Shown here piece by piece: positions 22,261-33,967 of a stretch of 64,000 bases of DNA (its first letter is position 1; each line of letters starts with the position of its first letter). The DNA comes from Monocercomonoides exilis PA203 (lineage: Eukaryota; Protista; Preaxostyla): positions 558,001 through 622,000 of the forward strand of contig LSRY02000041.1 in the NCBI GenBank assembly GCA_001643675.2, written 5' to 3'. A program made the translations under genes and the position numbers. The notes under the pieces were generated by a model, which had not been told where the DNA came from, searched no databases, and saw only the letters and a list, made by a program, of their open reading frames with translations.

Positions 22261-23182
22261 GTGGAATATATATAGAAAAAGATGAAAAAAGTTAGAATAA
22301 ACAATATGGCCTGCAGTTTTATGTATAATGGAAGTTAGAAAATATGCTCAAATTCATTTTCTTTTGCTTTTTTGTTGATCACTTCAATTATAAAAATGAA
22401 CTCGACTTATCGATTATGAATTTGTTTTGTTCTCACTTTTATTCACAATGATCTTAACTTTCATTTTGTAAAAATAGAAAATAAGTTTATTTATAACAAA
22501 AGTTGATAACTATTCATTTCATTAAATGCGGAAAACTTGAAAAACTGAAAAAAGTAATATTTTCATAACCAACGGATATAAAGTTAACACTTAATCAATT
22601 CATATGAATATCATGAATGCATTAGGAAGGGTTGTTATTTTTTTCATAAAAGAAAGCAAAACTCATTGTATTGAAGAAGAAAAAAAGGTGAAATAAAAAC
22701 TGTGCGAGTTTTAGCAAAGTTACATGAATAAACAATTAAACTTCAAGTAATGCGTTATACATTTAGTTTTCATTATGATATAAAAAAATACAAAAACATT
22801 AAAAGTCGATGAAGGGAAATAATGAGCGAATGAATTTTTCGATATTTAATTACGTATTAACGTAATTTTTTTAATTTTTGTGGGACAGATCAGGCTAAAA
22901 AAAAGTGATTTTTCAAAAATTTTCACCCATATGTATTTTTATTTTATTGAAATTAAAAACAAAAGGTAGTTTTCAATAATCATATTGCAAATTATTCAAC
23001 AATAATCAACAAAATTTTTATTGATCGATTGATTCAATTCTTTATCGAATAACATCAAACAAAGAACCAAATTTATTTTCTTTATGAAACATGAAATGTC
23101 TTGCATTTTTGAAAATTAACAAACCAGTTATTAAAATTGAACAATTAAAAAGAATTTTAATTCTCATTTTCCATCAACGATA

Positions 23183-26100
23183 GGCTTGCTTATTTATCTG
23201 TTCCCAAAAAACAAATTGGCACCATTATTTTCTGGTTCCCGAGAGAATTTTTGAAATAAATTAAATTCAGTCCAAACAGGAAATAATCGCATTCGTTTGT
23301 TAACAAATTTTTATATGAAAGATCATTTTTTTTTCATTTTTTTAAATTCATTTTCGATCGCAAATAATCACAGGGCTTGCTGTAATGCAAATAATTCACA
23401 TTTGTGAAAATAACAACAATTAGTTTCAATCTTTTCTGCGTTATTCCACTTTCAGTTTTCCTTTTCAATAGATACAATGCAGATTAAGTTGGGAAATTTG
23501 AATTGATTGAGGTTTTTTTAATAAACCTCAATTTATTTGAATTCATACCACGCAATTCAAATTAAAGCACAAAATTTTAAAATCACCATCCTAATTCAAA
23601 TTAGAAAAGATCATTTAAATTGATTTTCATTAGGGGAATGAAACGAATTTTGAGAATTATTTTTTGTTTTTAATGTTATTCGTTGAACAATTAAGATAAC
23701 AGTTTTTCATCATTTTTTGCGAAAAACAGTTGTTTTCATATTCATAAGATTATTCTCATCAAAATTGTTTTTCAAACTTCTTGACAAATATATTGTTAAA
23801 GACTTTTTCTTGAAATAACAGGAAACAATCTTGTAATTATATCAATTAACATTTTTTTTTAACAATTCAATAACTTCTATTTGAAAAGAATGTCAAATGA
23901 AAATTCTATTTCATCAGAAGGAATCAATATAAAAAACATTATGAAATTAAAGTTTATGAACAAAAAAATGAATTCATTTATTAAAAAACAATAAAGTGTT
24001 CATAAAAAACAGAAAGCAGAAATAAGAAATGAATAAAAAATCAAATAATAACCTTTATTCATTATGCTAATTCTTGTCTCGGAAATGAACATGTTTTCAA
24101 AGAATTGAATTCCGTCAAGAGCCTTTTATCATTTTAAGATTAAATGTAATTATCTCTGTGAGATTCAGCAAGCTTTCAAAAACGCTTCGAAAAAAAACTG
24201 TTTCGAAAGGGCTGATATGAAAAACAAATCATTAAATTTGAAAAAATACTTCACAGATATATTCGTCCTTAAAACCGATATGTAAAATAGTTCTTGTTCA
24301 TCAAGGTTTTCAATGAAAATGTTTCTAATTTAAAAATTATATAATTCAAAGATATATCGAGATTAAAACGTTCATCAAAATTTCAAAAAAGAATGGTTAA
24401 AATTTTAACACTTTTAGAAAATTTTCACACAAAAACATACAATTTTTGTGTTTCCAAAAATTATTCACAGTAAATGAAAAAGATAATGTTAAAAATAACT
24501 GAAAAGAATATTTATCTCAAAAAAATTACAACCAATTTTCTTTCAACAGTTGATCTTCTAATATTTGTCGAATAATAATCAAATTCATATTATTTGGAGG
24601 CTTTCCTAATCATTTTTCTTTCCATACTTGCCCTTGCATTTATTTCTTGAATCAATTTCCTTTCCTTTTCTTTTCTATTTGAGAACTCCTCCACTTTTCT
24701 GTAGAAAATGCCATCATCTGCTTCTAAAGAATTGCTGTCGATCACAATATTCGTTAGCCAACAGGCGATTTTTGCATCAGATGAAAAAACTTCTCGAGAT
24801 CCAGTGTATTTATCTGATAAGCGTAGCCATAATCTCTTCAATCGAACGAAAAACCACTCCACAGGAATTCTGTGCTTGGCAACTTTTTTATTGTATATTT
24901 CTGCTTCTTTCGTAGACATAACACTCGTTCCAGCTTTTGAAGACGTGGATCCTGATTGAGTTGAGTTCACCATAACAGCAGCGGGAACAACTTGAAGGTC
25001 TTCCGTCGGAAAAGAAATTGATGAAAGTTGGGAGGAAGTTGAATTTGAAGATAGCAATGGTGAAACAGATGGAGATGAAAATGAAGGCTGAGAAGATGAG
25101 AAAGAAGAAGGCTGAGAAGATGAGAGTGTCTGAATGGATTCTAATTCTGTAAGTTGGGATTCTTTTTCATTCAAAGTTTTTATAGCTTTGTGTATTCTTT
25201 TAATGGGAGTGATAACGTTGATATCAATAAAATGGCCTTGATACCCCTTATCGGCCATGATTGACCAACTATCGTTTTGATCGTGAACTGAATTTCCAAT
25301 CTTTTCTTCTTCTGTTTTTTTTAAATATTCGATATACCTATGCTTGCCACTTCTGAAAAGTGAAACATCATGAAAACCACCAGGAACTGAGTCCGAAACA
25401 AACAACGCTTTGAATGGAGGCCAGGCTGATACCGCGACTTCAAATTTCATGCTATAAGAGTTGTGGTGCCCATCAAACAATTGTCTTGCATCATCAAAGT
25501 CACCAACCGGAACAGAACATCTGACCGTGGTTGCGTCAACAAGCAAGGCGACAGAGGGAAAATCTTCTGAAATGAACTTTGGAGGTCTGGGCGGATTTTT
25601 GAAAATATCGTCCAACACTCGAAGTAAATATGGCCTGATCTCTCGAATGCTGTTGCTGACCATTGTTTCCGATAATCCAAGAAAACCTGCGATGCCTTTA
25701 ACAGTTATCTTGCTCGATAACCATTCTAAGTGAACAACCAATTGATCGTGAATGGAAAGGATTTTCTTTTGCCCTCTTTTTGGAACTGTGCTTATGTAAG
25801 ATGATATTAAATTTCCTAATTCGATAACAGTTTCTTTTGTAATTCTCAGATGTTCATCCTCCTTTTCTTTTAAAAAATCTTTCAAGTAATGATCCATAAC
25901 TTTCATCTTCCTCTTCACTTTCATCTGAACAATAGGCTTGCTCTTCGATGCTTGCAATTTGTGTATCTCTCTTTTTTCTCAAAGATTGAAAATCAGGTTG
26001 GGGTCTCTTTTTTGGTCTCTTTCTTGATGATGATGATGTAATGTGAAAATCCGTGATTGGAGAATTTTTCTGAAACTTCAATAACTGCGAAGATGTTGGA

Positions 26101-27190
26101 GAAGCTTTGAAAAATGGAGACGAACACGTTTTTTCGCTGTCTATTGAATTTTCCCTTCCTTCAGTTAAAGAATCATGATCTCGATGAATCGTAGCATTTT
26201 TCCGTTTTATTGGAGTCAAAATTATCGATTCTTCTGAAGAATGTGAACTTCTTTCATTTGATTCAATTATTAAACAGTTTTCTTTTGCATTAATTTCAGT
26301 TTGTCCTGATTGAGATGAATTTTCGCTTCTCTGAACTAATCAATAAATTGTGATGAAAATAAATTTCCGTATTGACAAAAAAAACTAAATCACAAACCTT
26401 CTGTCTTGTATCTCATCACTTGAATGCGATGAACCGAAAAATACCTTGCAGTAAAGTGGAGAAGTTTCTGTGATCATTAACTCAGAAAAAGCGTAACTAA
26501 TATTGGGCGTATCTCGAAAATAACCATTTAAATCAAAAACAATTCCATAGCTTGGAATATTCTCAAAATGTTTATTTGTGCGTGATTTGTTATTGGAGTC
26601 ATTTTATCAAACATCATTTATTTTCGATAAAATTCCAGGTAATTCATTTGAGATTTATTTCTAAATCTCAAAAATGTGAATCCTTGTAAACATGTGAAGA
26701 AGTTTTTATGAATACAGAATGCTTGATGTTCATGTTTTATTCAGAATCGTTTCGAATGATATTGAGCAATTTGCCGTGAAATAAAAAGTTACCTCCTGTT
26801 TCAGGATTCGTTCACTGAAAGTTTTCACAATTAATACTGAAGAATAGCTTGCCATCTGCTGAAGCCTTCTTATTAAGCGAAAGTGATTTGTTGCATGTCC
26901 ATGATACGATGCGGTTGGCAAAATAACAAAAATAGATCCAAAATTTCATGCTTGTATGCATGAATTCAGTTAAATAAATTGCAAGCTGAAAACTAATTTA
27001 GTGTAGCATATTGATTTATTCAAAGATATCAAAGTCAATAACTGTTCAAGTAATTGAATTTTCCAAATGCGATGCAGGTTTCCAACAAATAACTTTTAAA
27101 TTATTGTGAAAACATGGACAAAATTATTAATAAATATAAGATTTCTTAAACGGAATTGCAGCAATCTTCTTTCAGAAAATAAAAAAGCAT
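23183..27190 (-). mobile_element. PIF/Harbinger-ISL2EU-type transposon with long degenerate TIRs
   Basis: Contains the DDE_Tnp_4 gene. 23183-23260 (ATTTATCTGTTCCCAAAAAACAAATTGGCACCATTATTTTCTGGTTCCCGAGAG) is a diverged version of the MITE TIR. There are weak inverted matches at 27047-27076 and 27157-27188. The right terminus was not found. Confidence 0.45.
24590..26335 (-). CDS. DDE_Tnp_4 (Harbinger/HARBI1-like) transposase; N-terminal part in a different frame, possibly a pseudogene
   Basis: HTH-like KRGQKKILSIHDQLVVHLEWL, followed by LLVDATT, FDGHHNSYSMKFEVAV, PGGFHDVSLFR, IMADKGYQG and YNKKVAKHRIPVEWFFVRLKRLW, so the D-D-E triad is intact. The upstream frame (26335-25854) overlaps and needs a +1 shift near 25857. 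Confidence 0.88.
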
Positions 27191-27199
27191 TGTAATAAT

Positions 27200-29040
27200 G
27201 GTTGTACACATCGAAATGATATTTGATGCTTGTTAAATGATTTGCATTCTGTTGATTCAGCAGTGATGAGGCGATGTTGGCGATGGTGCAGTTGGTGAGG
27301 GAGAGGGAAAGGGCAGGGGAGGTTGCGGAGGAGAGGACACAGCTTTTGGGAGTAGATGTGGAGGTGATGTCAGTGATGTTGGAGGAGTTGAGGGTGAGGG
27401 GAGATGTGAGGGAGGTGAGGTGGAAGATGCTTTGGCTGTTGAGGGTGAGTTTTGTGATTGCTGTGTGGTTGAGGGTGATGGAGCCAGCAGTGAGGAAGAA
27501 GAGGGGGGTTTTTATTGTTATGGAGGTTGTTCCGGTGATGGTGGTTGTGTTGAGGTTGAGGGAAGGGGAGTTATCGGAGAGGTGGAAGAGGATGGGGGTG
27601 ATGGGATTTGAGGAGTTGAGGGGGATGGTGAGGGCAGAGACTGTGAGGGAGCCCTGGGTCTGTTGGAAGAGGGCAGACGAGGCAGATGGATCTGGGAGTG
27701 GTGAGGGAGATGACGAAGAAGAATTTGTTGAAGAATTCCACTGGAAGCGATGGTGGTGGCAGTTGTACCATTTCCATTGATTTTTGTTTCAGCTGCGCTG
27801 AAAGTGAGTGTTTGAGTTGGAACAAATGTTGAGGTGAGGAGAGTGAGGGAGGCATCTTGTTCATCTGTCATGCATTCAAGAGCATACTCAATTGTGGCGC
27901 ATGGCTTAAGTTGTGTTATTCCACACAAATCAACGTTTGTTCCATTATTTGATACGATTTTATATGTTGTAATGAGAGGGAGCCAGCCATTGTACTCAGC
28001 ATTATCAGCAGTTCCTGCATTCCAGACTCTCTTCGTTAAAGTTGTTGAGCCACATTGCTGGAAATGAGATTGAGTGATACTATTACCGCTGATGAACACA
28101 TCATTCCCCCTGCCATTAGTTGCAGTGTTTCCATCGAAGAAACAGAATGTGATGAATTTTATACTATTCATTCAGGAATATGTGTCTCTGAAAAACATTG
28201 CAGCGCCTCCCCATGAAGTTGAATTTGATGTCAATTTATTATTTATAAACTGGCAATCATTAACCAAAAATTGACTTGGTTTGTTTCCTGGAGGATTATA
28301 AAATGTGAGAGAACCAGCAGCATCACCACCGGAATTTGAGATGCACTTGCATTTGGTGAACAAGAATTGACCGTTTGACGGAAAACCGCCAATCGCAAAA
28401 TACCAACCAGTTCCACACCAATTTGTTATTGAACAATTTTCCACTCTGTTTTCTGAAAATGAATAATCAGAATTTGATTGTGACCCACCAATACAATTTG
28501 CTCCTCCATAAGCAGCAGAACAACTTGTGAAATTGGATTTTGCGATGTCAATTTTCAGCAAGTTATCGCAAAACAACGCTCCTGTATGATCACTTGTTGA
28601 GCAATTGTTGAATGAACAGGAAGTGATTGTGAGATTTGCATTTGCGCAAATAACTATTGGTGCACCTCCATCTCATGATCCACGTCTTGATTATTCCTGT
28701 ACACACCACTCAAAGCAATGGCTACTTGCATAGAATGAAGTCAATCTTCCTGGCGTTTCTCTTTTATTTTCTGATCCTTCGAGTATCATAGAAGTATTTG
28801 GTGTAGAGCTTGCTTGACGAAGAAAGAAGTGTTAAAGACAGAGATAAAAGTGTCGGATCTGTTGACAGAAGAGACAATAGAACAGTTGATGGTGTTTTGA
28901 ACGTGCTGGAAGTGAAAACTGTTGATGGGGACACGAGAGAATAAATGTTAACCACAATTGATATAGAAATTTCGTTTGTGAGTAATTGTTTGGATGAAGA
29001 GGGATAAAAATTAAAACAGGCAAAGGCCAAGAGTTTCAAG
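27200..29040 (-). pseudogene. Truncated beta-helix surface-protein family member
   Basis: GGAAMFF...KFITFCFFDGNTATNGRGNDVF...STTLTKRVWNAGTADNAEYNGWLP...GTNVDLCG...PCATIEYAL matches the first module of the 39808 gene. In-frame TGA at 28172-28174, frameshifts, and the 3' end is cut off next to the Harbinger-type element. Confidence 0.85.
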
Positions 29041-30119
29041 TGTTGAAGGTATAAAAAATATATTGTGTGATCGGCTTAATAAGAAGAAATAAATCGAAAA
29101 AGTTAAATTTGTAAAATATAGAAATGTTTAATAATCAAAACGAAATCATGAAAAATAACCACATATACCTTTAAACATTTAGTGTTTTAAATATTTCTTG
29201 TTAATGATTTTTAACATTGTTTTTCTACAAGGCGAAAAAAGAAAAACAATTTTGTTTGTAAACTGCTGTTGCTAAAAACGAAGAAAGCAGTAATTACCTT
29301 ATGAGCACTGAATAAAATGGAACAGAAGTTGCCGTTGGTGCAAAAGTTTTAAAGAAACAGTTTGCATTTGCGAAGAAATAAACCAAAAGTTTTCAGAAGC
29401 TTTTATGATTTGTATATTGGGAAAAATGAATATTTAATTGTAATAAACGTACAAACTCTCATTATATAACTCATATCTTCGATTGCATTAGTTAGAATAG
29501 CTTTTTAAACGAATTATCGAATTATTCCATTTTTTCGAAGTTGATTATTGAAAGATCAAAGTTTTTTCAAAAAGAGAATCAAAATAAACTTCAGTATTTC
29601 ATATCAATCTTTTATGCAAATTATTAAATGTTATCTATTTTCATATTTGGAACATTCCTAAGCCTGGGTGTCGTGAAGAAAAAACACCGTCACGTCCGTC
29701 ACCAGTTTTCCACTCACAAAAAAAAAAAGCTTTCAATGGAAAAGAACAACAGAAATATTTTTATTATTAAAAATGTTCATTAAGAAAGTATTTATGAGAT
29801 TTAAAATGAATGATCATGAGATCCCATTACAACATGATTCAAATAACAATGCAAGTTATTTTTTATATTATTCGAAGAAACATGCAATTTTCTTTACGGA
29901 ATTGTGCGAATTTTGAAATTGTTTAGAATATTGTTTGTTTGAATAGCATTTTAAATATTTTCTTTTCATTTTTTGTTTGTTCAATAAGATCAACAAACAT
30001 TGTGCTGTTTCATTGAAATGACAATTTCAAAATACAAATAAATAGAATTTGATCAAAAAAGATCTCAGTGTATCTGTTGATATTTTGTATTTCATGATTA
30101 TTGCATTGATTATTTATTT

Positions 30120-31330
30120 TTCTTTTTGAAGAATTGTTTTGCGAATTGGAGCATTTCAATGAAGGTGGACAGAGAAAGAAAATGGAGGAAATGAATGAAA
30201 TAATTGATGAAATGAATGAAGAAGAATTCAAATCTGTCTTCGCAAAAAAAAAAAAAATGGTTCGATGAAACGGATGAAATGATTAAAGAATAGAAACTAT
30301 CGATGGGAAATGCGATTTTTCTGTTGAAGCATGTTGGATATTGCATTGTTTTGAAAGATATGAGGGTCTTAGGCTTTGGGTTTTCTTCATTGAGCGAAAG
30401 AATGAAAGAGATGATAATTGATGAATATGAGAAGAAAAAAGATGAAAAGCATTTAACCAATCTATGTGAATGTTTTGCTTTGCTGAATGATTAGAAAATC
30501 CTAATGAATTGATATCAATCATTGTGCCTTGCCTTATAAAAGCTGCATTTTGGAAAGAGGAAAACGAAGAAGCTCAAAAAGAAGCGGAAGTGACGTTGCT
30601 TGCGTTGAGCAACATCAAATTTCATGTATGAACATTATTATTTCCTTTTGATATTGTTGTTATTTTCTAATTTCTAATTCGTTTTTTTGGCAAGAACTGT
30701 ATATGAATGAAATCAAAGAGATTATCCTGTTTCATCAGGAACATCACAATCTAACACAACTTGCATGTCAGTCTGCATGGGAGTTTTTGATCAACAGATT
30801 ATCCTGCGACAGATCTTTGGAAGACACAATCGTGAATGAACTGCATTTTGCAAGGGAAGCAGCAAGAGAATTAGAACAGTTGACAAGATGTGTGGATTGG
30901 AAGAGAAAACAAGAGGGGAAAGGAGAGAAATGAGAAAAAGAAGTGTTCATAATTATGAGATTGATCCAAGCTCTGGAGCATTTTTTCACGATTGCAAATT
31001 GTTGAATGAAGAATCAGTTGGATTTATTGGCAGCGTTTTTCAGGTATTTCGAGTTGCGAAGGATGATCACCGAGTTATTAGTTACACATGCATTTATTCC
31101 CAGAGAAATACTGTGGATAGCAGAGCTTTTGAAGTTGAAGACCTGTTAAAGAGTTGCGTGGCTGGCACTGTTTTAAAAGAACCACAATAATTAACACTAA
31201 ATAACAAAATGGTACGTTAATGAATTGAATTGTTTGTATTTCTTTTTGAAACTTTTTTGAAGATTGGATAAAAATACAGATAAAGAAATGGAAAAAGCAA
31301 AAAGGAAATATTTGTAAAGGAATAAGAAAA
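30120..31330 (+). pseudogene. Decayed member of the helical 'QKEVEMALLALSNI/HQEHHNLT' multigene family
   Basis: FEELFCELEH..., EEAQKEAEVTLLALSNIKFH followed by a GTATGA donor (30626), then ELYMNEIKEIILFHQEHHNLTQLACQSAWEFLINR. Multiple stops and frameshifts. Paralogous to the 35827 and 37996 genes. Confidence 0.88.
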
Positions 31331-32348
31331 ATATTAATGTGCAATCATTTTGTTTCATGAAATTCTTCATTAATTACAATAAAATTTGAGGGCTTTGATT
31401 TTTCGTTTATTTTTATTGACCATTTTATGAAAGAGTAATGAATAGAGAAATTTTTCATTTTGAACTCAATCTTTTTATATTTCACAAAATAGAAAACAAG
31501 GAATATTTTCAAGCCTTTTTCTATTCTGTTCAGTCAATAATTTTCTTTAACAAAATAATGTGAATCGAAAAATATAGACAAATCCTTTATATGTTTCTAT
31601 TTTTAGAATTTTTTCTACAAAAATCTTCTTCCAAAGACTTATCTGCATGTCAGTTTTATTTAAAACATGGATAATATCTCGTTTTCTCGTCATTTCAAGA
31701 GTTATCTTCTTCTTTTCTTTTTCAAGTTTGTGTTCATCTCACCTCCTCATTTATTTCGCATCAAAAACTGAAATTTCAAACAACTTCAGAAGAGAGTTGG
31801 GGCAAAATTTTTTGCTTCAGGCATTTTTATTGAAAAATTATGCACTTTTTATTGACTTTTTTCGATCAAAAAACATGGAAAAATAGTTTTATTTTTTGAC
31901 TTTCGTGAAATGTTGAAAAACTTGATGTTTTGATTTCAACGATGCATGTTTACGAATCTGAAAATCAAATTCATTTAAAAATCAAAGAAGGCGAAATAAA
32001 GTTATGAGCAAGACAATTATTCAGTTCCTTGTGCATAAAAAGCTTGAAAGTCCGTATTTTCCCCCAGTTATTGGAAGAGGATAAAACCTGATCGCAAAAA
32101 ATAAAAGTTGATGATAAAAAGTTATGAAGGAATATGAAAAAAAAACCTATTCTATAAATGTGGAGAAAAATATCTATGCTGATGAGAAAAAAAATTGCAA
32201 TTTGTCCGAAAGACAAATATTAAATATACAAAATGTTTAAAATTAAAATGGATAGAAATGTTTCTTTTGAAAATCCTTTATCTTATACAAATCATCAAAC
32301 TTATGTTTTGCAAACAACAATTTTGATCAATCTGAGTTTTTACATATG

Positions 32349-32640
32349 TCAGTTCAAACATCTCATTGCTGATCTGCAAGTGATGCTTTGCAGATTATCA
32401 AAGGAAAATATGTTATCAACATTTTTTAATATGTGTTTAGCTTTTGAAAACTTTGATGAAATACATTCATCTGTAGTTAAGCGGTGTAATTTGAAATGGA
32501 TCAGAATTTTCAAATGATATCATTGATGACATAAATACTCCATGCAAGATCTTTAAACATTTTGAAAATGAATTTTTCCAAATAAGATTTAAAATCAAAA
32601 AATTTTTCGCGTAATTCAAACCAAGTCAATATTCTCTATT
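32349..32640 (-). pseudogene. Possible remnant of a hAT transposase C-terminal dimerisation domain
   Basis: Broken frames ILTWFELREKF... and LTTDECISSKFSKAKHILKNVDNIFSFDNLQSI resemble the hATC pattern WW...P.TS..sER.FS.a..I....R..Ls.enl. Similarity judged by eye only. Confidence 0.4.
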
Positions 32641-33967
32641 CCAACGTTTGAGTTATCGTGAAAAACGATAAATAGTATGTTGAAGAAGATTTTACAGATT
32701 TGTCATTTTTTCTTTAAAAAAAATATTTTAATTATCATAATTAATAAGTAAATTTTTGGTTGTTTTATTAGAATAACAAAATCGAGACTTACTTTTAATA
32801 TTTCTTATTAAAATTATTCTATTGCTCATTCTTTCGACTTTTTCAAATAGCTGACAGGAAGTGACGTCAATGACGTCAGCGACTTTAGTGACGTGTCAAA
32901 AATCCCATAGCCGCTTGCAAGTCAGTAAAAAATTTATTACGGTTAATTAGATTTTCACAATTTTCAAAAAAAATATATTTTGAAATTATTTGCATTAATG
33001 AAATAATAAAACAATTATGTTGGTTTTGCTTTGTGACGTGAAAATTTTTGTCACGTCCGTTAAAATTCGAAAACTTAACGTCAGAAGTCAGTACGTCACC
33101 CAGGGTTAAACATTCCATTCAAAATAGGATGTAGATTTTAAAAATAAGCAAGTCAATTCAAATAAACAGGGGTAATTTTAAATAACCCCCACAATTTTAA
33201 ATTATTTTTTCAATTTGAATAATTTGATTCAATCTGCATTGTATCTAATGATTAAATTAACAAAAAAATTTTTTAAATTATATTAAATAAAAAAAAAGAA
33301 TTATGAAGAAAAAAAATTCATCGAACAATAACTTTCGTTCTATTTGAAGTTTTCAAAAATTTTGTCTTTGCTTAAGAATATTTTGTTTTCGAATATAAGT
33401 CTTCGACTTTTATAGAAAGTTTTTCGACTTTGAACAAATTTTGGTGAAATAAAAATAAAAAAAAATGTGGGAAATAATCGTTCTGACAAATATTATCTGA
33501 AAAAAAATTGATATGTTTTGTTTTTGAAAAAAATGGATCAACTACAAAAATCTCCAAACAATTATTTCTCATTCCTCATTAATCACCAAAGTCATTTCAA
33601 TTAGTTAAAGAAAAACAAACAAAGAAGTTAATAATTTTTTGTAAGAACAAGAAATGCAGTCTTCATAAAAACACATGAAAACACTTCGAGAAATAAAGTT
33701 GATGCAAGAATTTCAAATTATCGAAATTGCAAAAATGAATCCAAAGGATACAAAAAATTCATAAAACATAATTTGTTAATAAAACTTTGCTAACACCAAA
33801 CAAAATTCTTTTATTGTTTGAAATCGATTTTGGGAAACAGCAACTATGAATGAAACAATTCAAAACCCATATGATGATGAGAAATCTTGCAAATGTCACA
33901 GTTTCAAATACTCAAAATGAACAAAAATAAAAAGAGTTTCACAACTTGATGAATATGAACTTCAAAA

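Larger units (their letters stand above)
19271..22933. mobile_element. 3663-bp non-autonomous element with 29-bp pogo-family TIRs carrying host gene fragments
   Basis: Left TATATGGGTAAAAATTTTTGAAAAATCAC (19271-19299) versus the reverse complement of 22905-22933, CATATGGGTGAAAATTTTTGAAAAATCAC: 27/29 identical. Right flank TA, left flank GA. No transposase inside. Confidence 0.7.
29659..33108. mobile_element. 3450-bp hAT-like non-autonomous transposon carrying a host-family gene
   Basis: Perfect 8-bp direct repeat AACATTCC at 29651-29658 and 33109-33116. TIRs TAAGCCTGGGTGTCGT and TAACCCTGGGTGACGT are 14/16 identical. Subterminal GTCACGTCCGT occurs at 29689 and 33050, with clustered TGACGT motifs. 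Confidence 0.88.

Noticed and set aside
25861-25880. Canonical -1 ribosomal slippery site (TTTTTTAAAA) in the transposase
   Set aside because: The shift needed to join the frames is +1, and the heptamer is in the wrong phase.
27274-27780. 168-aa + strand ORF
   Set aside because: It is the antisense of the C-rich minus-strand beta-helix pseudogene.
33101-33109. piggyBac end (GGG|TTAA)
   Set aside because: The left end has CTAA rather than TTAA. The 8-bp AACATTCC duplication with TA-initiated TIRs explains both ends better.
33168-33250. GGGGT..ACCCC hairpin and a 17-bp inverted match to 23469-23485 (Helitron end?)
   Set aside because: No CTRR terminus or partner end was found. It is probably a scrap of the Harbinger-family subterminal sequence and too short to call.
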